Assembly: GCA_046563655.1 (NCBI GenBank)
Contig: CM102287.1
Location: 7,874,001-7,938,000 of the forward strand
Source: Yuukianura sp. NJ FZ-2021
Taxonomy: Eukaryota
DNA length: 64,000 nucleotides
Direction: 5' to 3'
The notes beneath the pieces are model-generated. The model was not told where the DNA came from. It ran no database searches and was given only the letters and a program-made list of their open reading frames with translations. A program made the position numbers and the translations under genes. Shown piece after piece: positions 59,961 to 64,000 of the stretch; within the stretch, counting starts at the first letter, position 1; the number at the start of each line of letters is the position of its first letter.

Positions 59961-62900
59961 AAAGTTACCAAATTGTTCGTCGGTCAAAAAGGCTCCAAGG
60001 CTTGGCTTGTGAATTCAAATCCTCCCTCTTTTCATTTTTCATTTTGAAAGCCAGTTCTGCCTTCACCTGTCAATCAACCAACTTCATCCAACCATCATCC
60101 CATGTAGTTACTTCCTCCAAAGGATCAAAATAAAGAGACTTAAGGGCCCCCTGGACTCGAGCAAGCGTAGTTGAGCCAGTCTCCAATTATTTTAATACAC
60201 GATCTCTCCGCCTTCTTCTTCCTTCATGATCTTCAAAGTCCTCCTCATAAAATTTTACTTGTTTTTTCTCAATCCCCAAATTAGACTTTGGCCCTTGGAG
60301 AAAAGGCCTAATTTCCTTCTTTTCTTTTAGTTTTTTTTTTCAACTCTAGTTTTTTCCCTTCTTCTAAAACTAGTTTTTTAAACTCAAAACTCAATCCCCC
60401 AATTTTTCTAGAACAAGCTCTCCTAATCCTAGTTGGAGAAAACTCGTTTTCCTCGCAAAGGCCTAATCCCCTTGTCTCAAATATTCATGATGGAGGGAAA
60501 GTAAAGAAGAAGGCTTGTGCTAGACATTTTAGAAGAAAGTGGCCTCATAACAATAAGGATTAATTTGTGGCTGATGACCTTTGAGAGAAGGGGGCTTTAG
60601 TTTCCACCCCCTCCCTCCCCCTCATGCGGGGGTGAATGTTGGAAGTGGGGGTGAGATAAGGAATACTGCATTTGTCAACCCTATCGCTTCCTTGGAACTG
60701 AAGTGTCGGTGAGTCGCGGGAGGCTTAAAAGCATATGCTGACGGTAGCCAAGAACCAAGCGTTTTGTTCTTAACTTTCACTTTTTCGGTTTTGCATGAAA
60801 AAGAGTCATAAACCTGCATGGGCTGCCGGATTTGGCCAAGTATAAAATTTTTGGACATGGAGATTATTCTTTTGTATGGAAAAAAAGTGTAGAGTAGCAA
60901 GGGGATTTGACATTTCCACTTGGCGACATTCAGGAAGTCATTTCTCAAGACTTTTTGTTTAAGAAAAAAGTGAAAGTCGAATTTCCTTTTGAGTCTTGCA
61001 TCAGTTCAAAATTTTAGCCAGAAATGAACTTCATAATTTTTGCCAAGGAGGAACGCAGAATGAATTGGCAGCTTAACCTTTGACCTTAAAAAAACATAAA
61101 GATTCGTCAGATATTTTTTGTCAATTCAAGTTTTTCAGTCGTTCAAGTAAATTCTGAAATTTTGGAACCTTGATTTCCTAGTCAAGGTTCTCAGTTATAA
61201 TTTTCCTCGGTTCATCGTGTATAGAGGAAATTCGTAAACGGAGCAAATTCAGAAATTCTTGTGGACGATTTCATTTTTAAGATTTTCGAAATTGTGTGGC
61301 TGCTTTGAACGCTTGAGGTTGTCAGTTGTTCTGAATTCCAAAATTCTGAAATTGTGGAAGGAGTGGCTGGAAGTAAAAAATGGTCAGAATGAAAAATTGG
61401 TGTTCTCTCATTGAGACTCGGTGGTTTCTAACATATTTTCTGTGGGTTTGGAATAATAAGGCCGAAGAGAGACACGGCCTCACTTTATCATCCTAATGAA
61501 CAAATGCAGGGGAATGATGGTTCTTCAACTTGAAAAAAAACTGGGCTTTCCAAACCCATCATTTTCCATTGACAGGTGATTGACTCCTACTCTTTTCCGA
61601 AGAGCGCATGAGAAATTGAACTCCCAAAAAAATTGACCTGACCTGGGAACAAGGGGAGCTCCACAACATTCGGAGTCCAATCTACAGCCATTTCTCATCT
61701 GCCACCAACTTCTAAAACGGCCAATTCCAGCTACTCAATCACAATTTCAGTGTCTATCCAAAAGTTACAAATTCTCGGAAATTGTTTCAACTCAACAACC
61801 ATAATAACCTACAACTTTATAACAACACAGTTTCACGAAATCAATCAAGAAGTTCTGTCTGTGCAGCCGCAATTACAGCGTCTCCATCCAGCGCCAATTT
61901 CGTCATCATCATCTGCGGGAGAGTTTTCATTGGTCGGCCGCTATAATCTTAACATATGTAGTCTGGGCATTGGCGGAAACGATTTGAACTACAGCTTCAA
62001 AGTAATTCTAGAATGAGAACATGCGCAGTTGAGTAAATTTGAGTCAAATGGAATGATTACGTAACTAACCTAACGTAAGAGTGAACGTAAAGCGACATAA
62101 CATAGAGAGCTACAGTGTTTGAGTGAATTGAATTTCAGAAGGGATGATTCAGACAGTGAAGCATCGATACATCATCGAGCTGTCACCTCCAACAACACTC
62201 TCTCCCCTCTCTGTACTGTATTTTAAAAAAGAAAATTCAAATTTTAACATTTCAAAAAAAGTCAACTGCAATGTTGCTAAATCCTTTGGAGAAAGTAAAA
62301 GTTTCAAATTCTTAACCCGCTTCTCACCCCCTTGCAGCTTTAACCCCATTTCACCCCTCTGCTTTTTTTCGAAACTTGAAAATTCTTATTACGTCCATAA
62401 CTTGATCTCTGCATTCCCATTTTCTTATGGTTTCAAGAGTAAAGAAACTGAATAGCTTAATTTGTTACTGCCTAAAAATACATTCTGAGTTCACTTAAAC
62501 TCTCTAAAGTTCTCTCATAAATAAAGACTGTGGAAATTTCATTTTTGAAATTTCATTTTTGGTAGTACCGCCCAAACAAGGATTTTTGTGAGTCCATGAA
62601 AATCCAGTTTTGAACTAATAACGATGATAATATATTTACTTTCCACTTTCCCAGAAAAAGGGGAACGCTTTCTCTTAAAACTGCTTTTGGAATGAAGTGC
62701 AGAATGAAAAAATTAGGGAAAGTAGAGAGGGCAAGGGGGAAAAGTCAAAGTAGAAAATTAGCTGCGTTACGATAGGACTTTCACTTCATTCAGCCTTTCT
62801 ACTCCAGTCTCAGGAGAGACTTCTTTGATTAGGTTTATGAAGTTTCAAAGTACCAAGACAAGAGTGATGAGATCACTTTCTTCTCAGAAATTCCTTCATT

Positions 62901-64000
62901 CACTCCCTAACCTAACCTCTGACTTCCTTTTTTTTCATATTTTATACACTTTCATATTTTTTGAGTTTTCAATTTCAATTTTTTGAAATTCAAAATTTAT
63001 CCCACACTTAACCTTAACCCTGAGATTCTGTTGACATTGTCAACAGAAGTCAGACTTGAAATTTTTATTTGCAACATTTTTCTTTCGGTTTTGCCTTTTG
63101 ATTAATTTTCACGCTTCGTGGTCATTTGCTCGAAAAAATTTTAAATCCGAGTTCAGATCAGATTCAGCTGCAGTTCAATAATACTTGTAATCCTCTCACG
63201 ATCATTCTTGCGTTTGATGTAACCAAATGCAAATAAATCTTTGTAAGCCACAACTCACCTGCTCAGGTGAGGTTGAAGTGCCATTGTATTGGTTCGTTTT
63301 AGTGTAGAGAGCACACCTCCTACGAAAGAGTTTTGTATTGAATTTGACTACTCCCGCCGTCTTCCCACGCCTCCGCAACCTCCATGACAAGAACTAACCA
63401 AAACCAAGTCGTTCTGCACGCAATCCAACCAGTTCCAGGTGAGTTAATCTGATTTTAATCATAGACAACAGAGTCAGTCCAGGCTAATGACGTTTTAACA
63501 CAGGGGTAGTTGCTCAATTTTCTACAAATTTCTGAACTCAATTTTCAAAACAAGCCAAATCTCGTGGGAATGAAAAATGTCGAGCTTCAACATATATCGG
63601 GTGGGTCTTTCCAGAAGTCGGTGGCTCCAGCCATATCCGCTTCGGCGGGACAAAAATTCTTTTGGTGCCCCACTTGAGCCGAGGACTTTTGGGTTGTTGA
63701 TGGAAATGATCCAAGAAGTGAGCTGAAGAAAGTTTCATTAGGACCTTACTTATGGCACTGGATTTGCATCCAGAAGAATCCAGAAGAAGGTGGAATGGAA
63801 GCCTTTTCCGGAATTACTTTTGCTTTCTCCGTTCCAGATTCCTTACACTGAAGGAAATCTCCTCTCAAAAAGCCATTGGGAACTTATGGGCAAACCAATT
63901 TTTCATAGAAGAGACATTTGACTTCCATACGGAGACTCTCTAGTTTCTGGAAGGGAGGATATCAAATCCACTAGTACTAAGGCGTTAGAGGGAACTTTCT

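Noticed and set aside
56800..64000. proboscipedia coding exons
   Set aside because: No hexapeptide or homeobox found in the ORF track or by reading; pb, if linked, lies beyond the window.
1..64000. Transposons, CRISPR arrays, tRNA or rRNA genes
   Set aside because: No transposase or RT ORFs, long terminal repeats, repeat-spacer arrays or structural RNA signatures were recognised; short non-autonomous elements cannot be excluded by eye.

Overview
AT-rich eukaryotic (arthropod, probably non-insect) DNA containing the anterior part of a Hox cluster. From left to right: a block of non-Hox genes (3' end of an unknown gene, a predicted secreted Q/P/E-rich protein, a 5-exon F-box-like/LRR gene and a decayed LRR paralogue, 1-4.8 kb), miR-10 (+, ~10.4 kb), Deformed/Hox4 (+, 2 coding exons, 16832-18648), miR-993 (-, ~33.3 kb), Hox3/zen (+, 3 coding exons, 50821-53573), and a 4-exon orphan gene preceded by an RFX X-box (+, 55529-56758). 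No Scr or pb coding sequence was seen. The most notable points are: non-Hox genes where Scr would be expected; a Dfd homeodomain with Tyr instead of Trp at position 56; a long Hox3 with an eroded hexapeptide and an intron inside the homeobox; a strong apparent excess of nuclear-receptor direct repeats (DR1/DR2/DR5) around Dfd; and a recurrent unexplained GRGACYTAAGGGC motif. Gene models and motif counts were made by eye and not checked by alignment. Most short ORFs in the track are considered non-coding.
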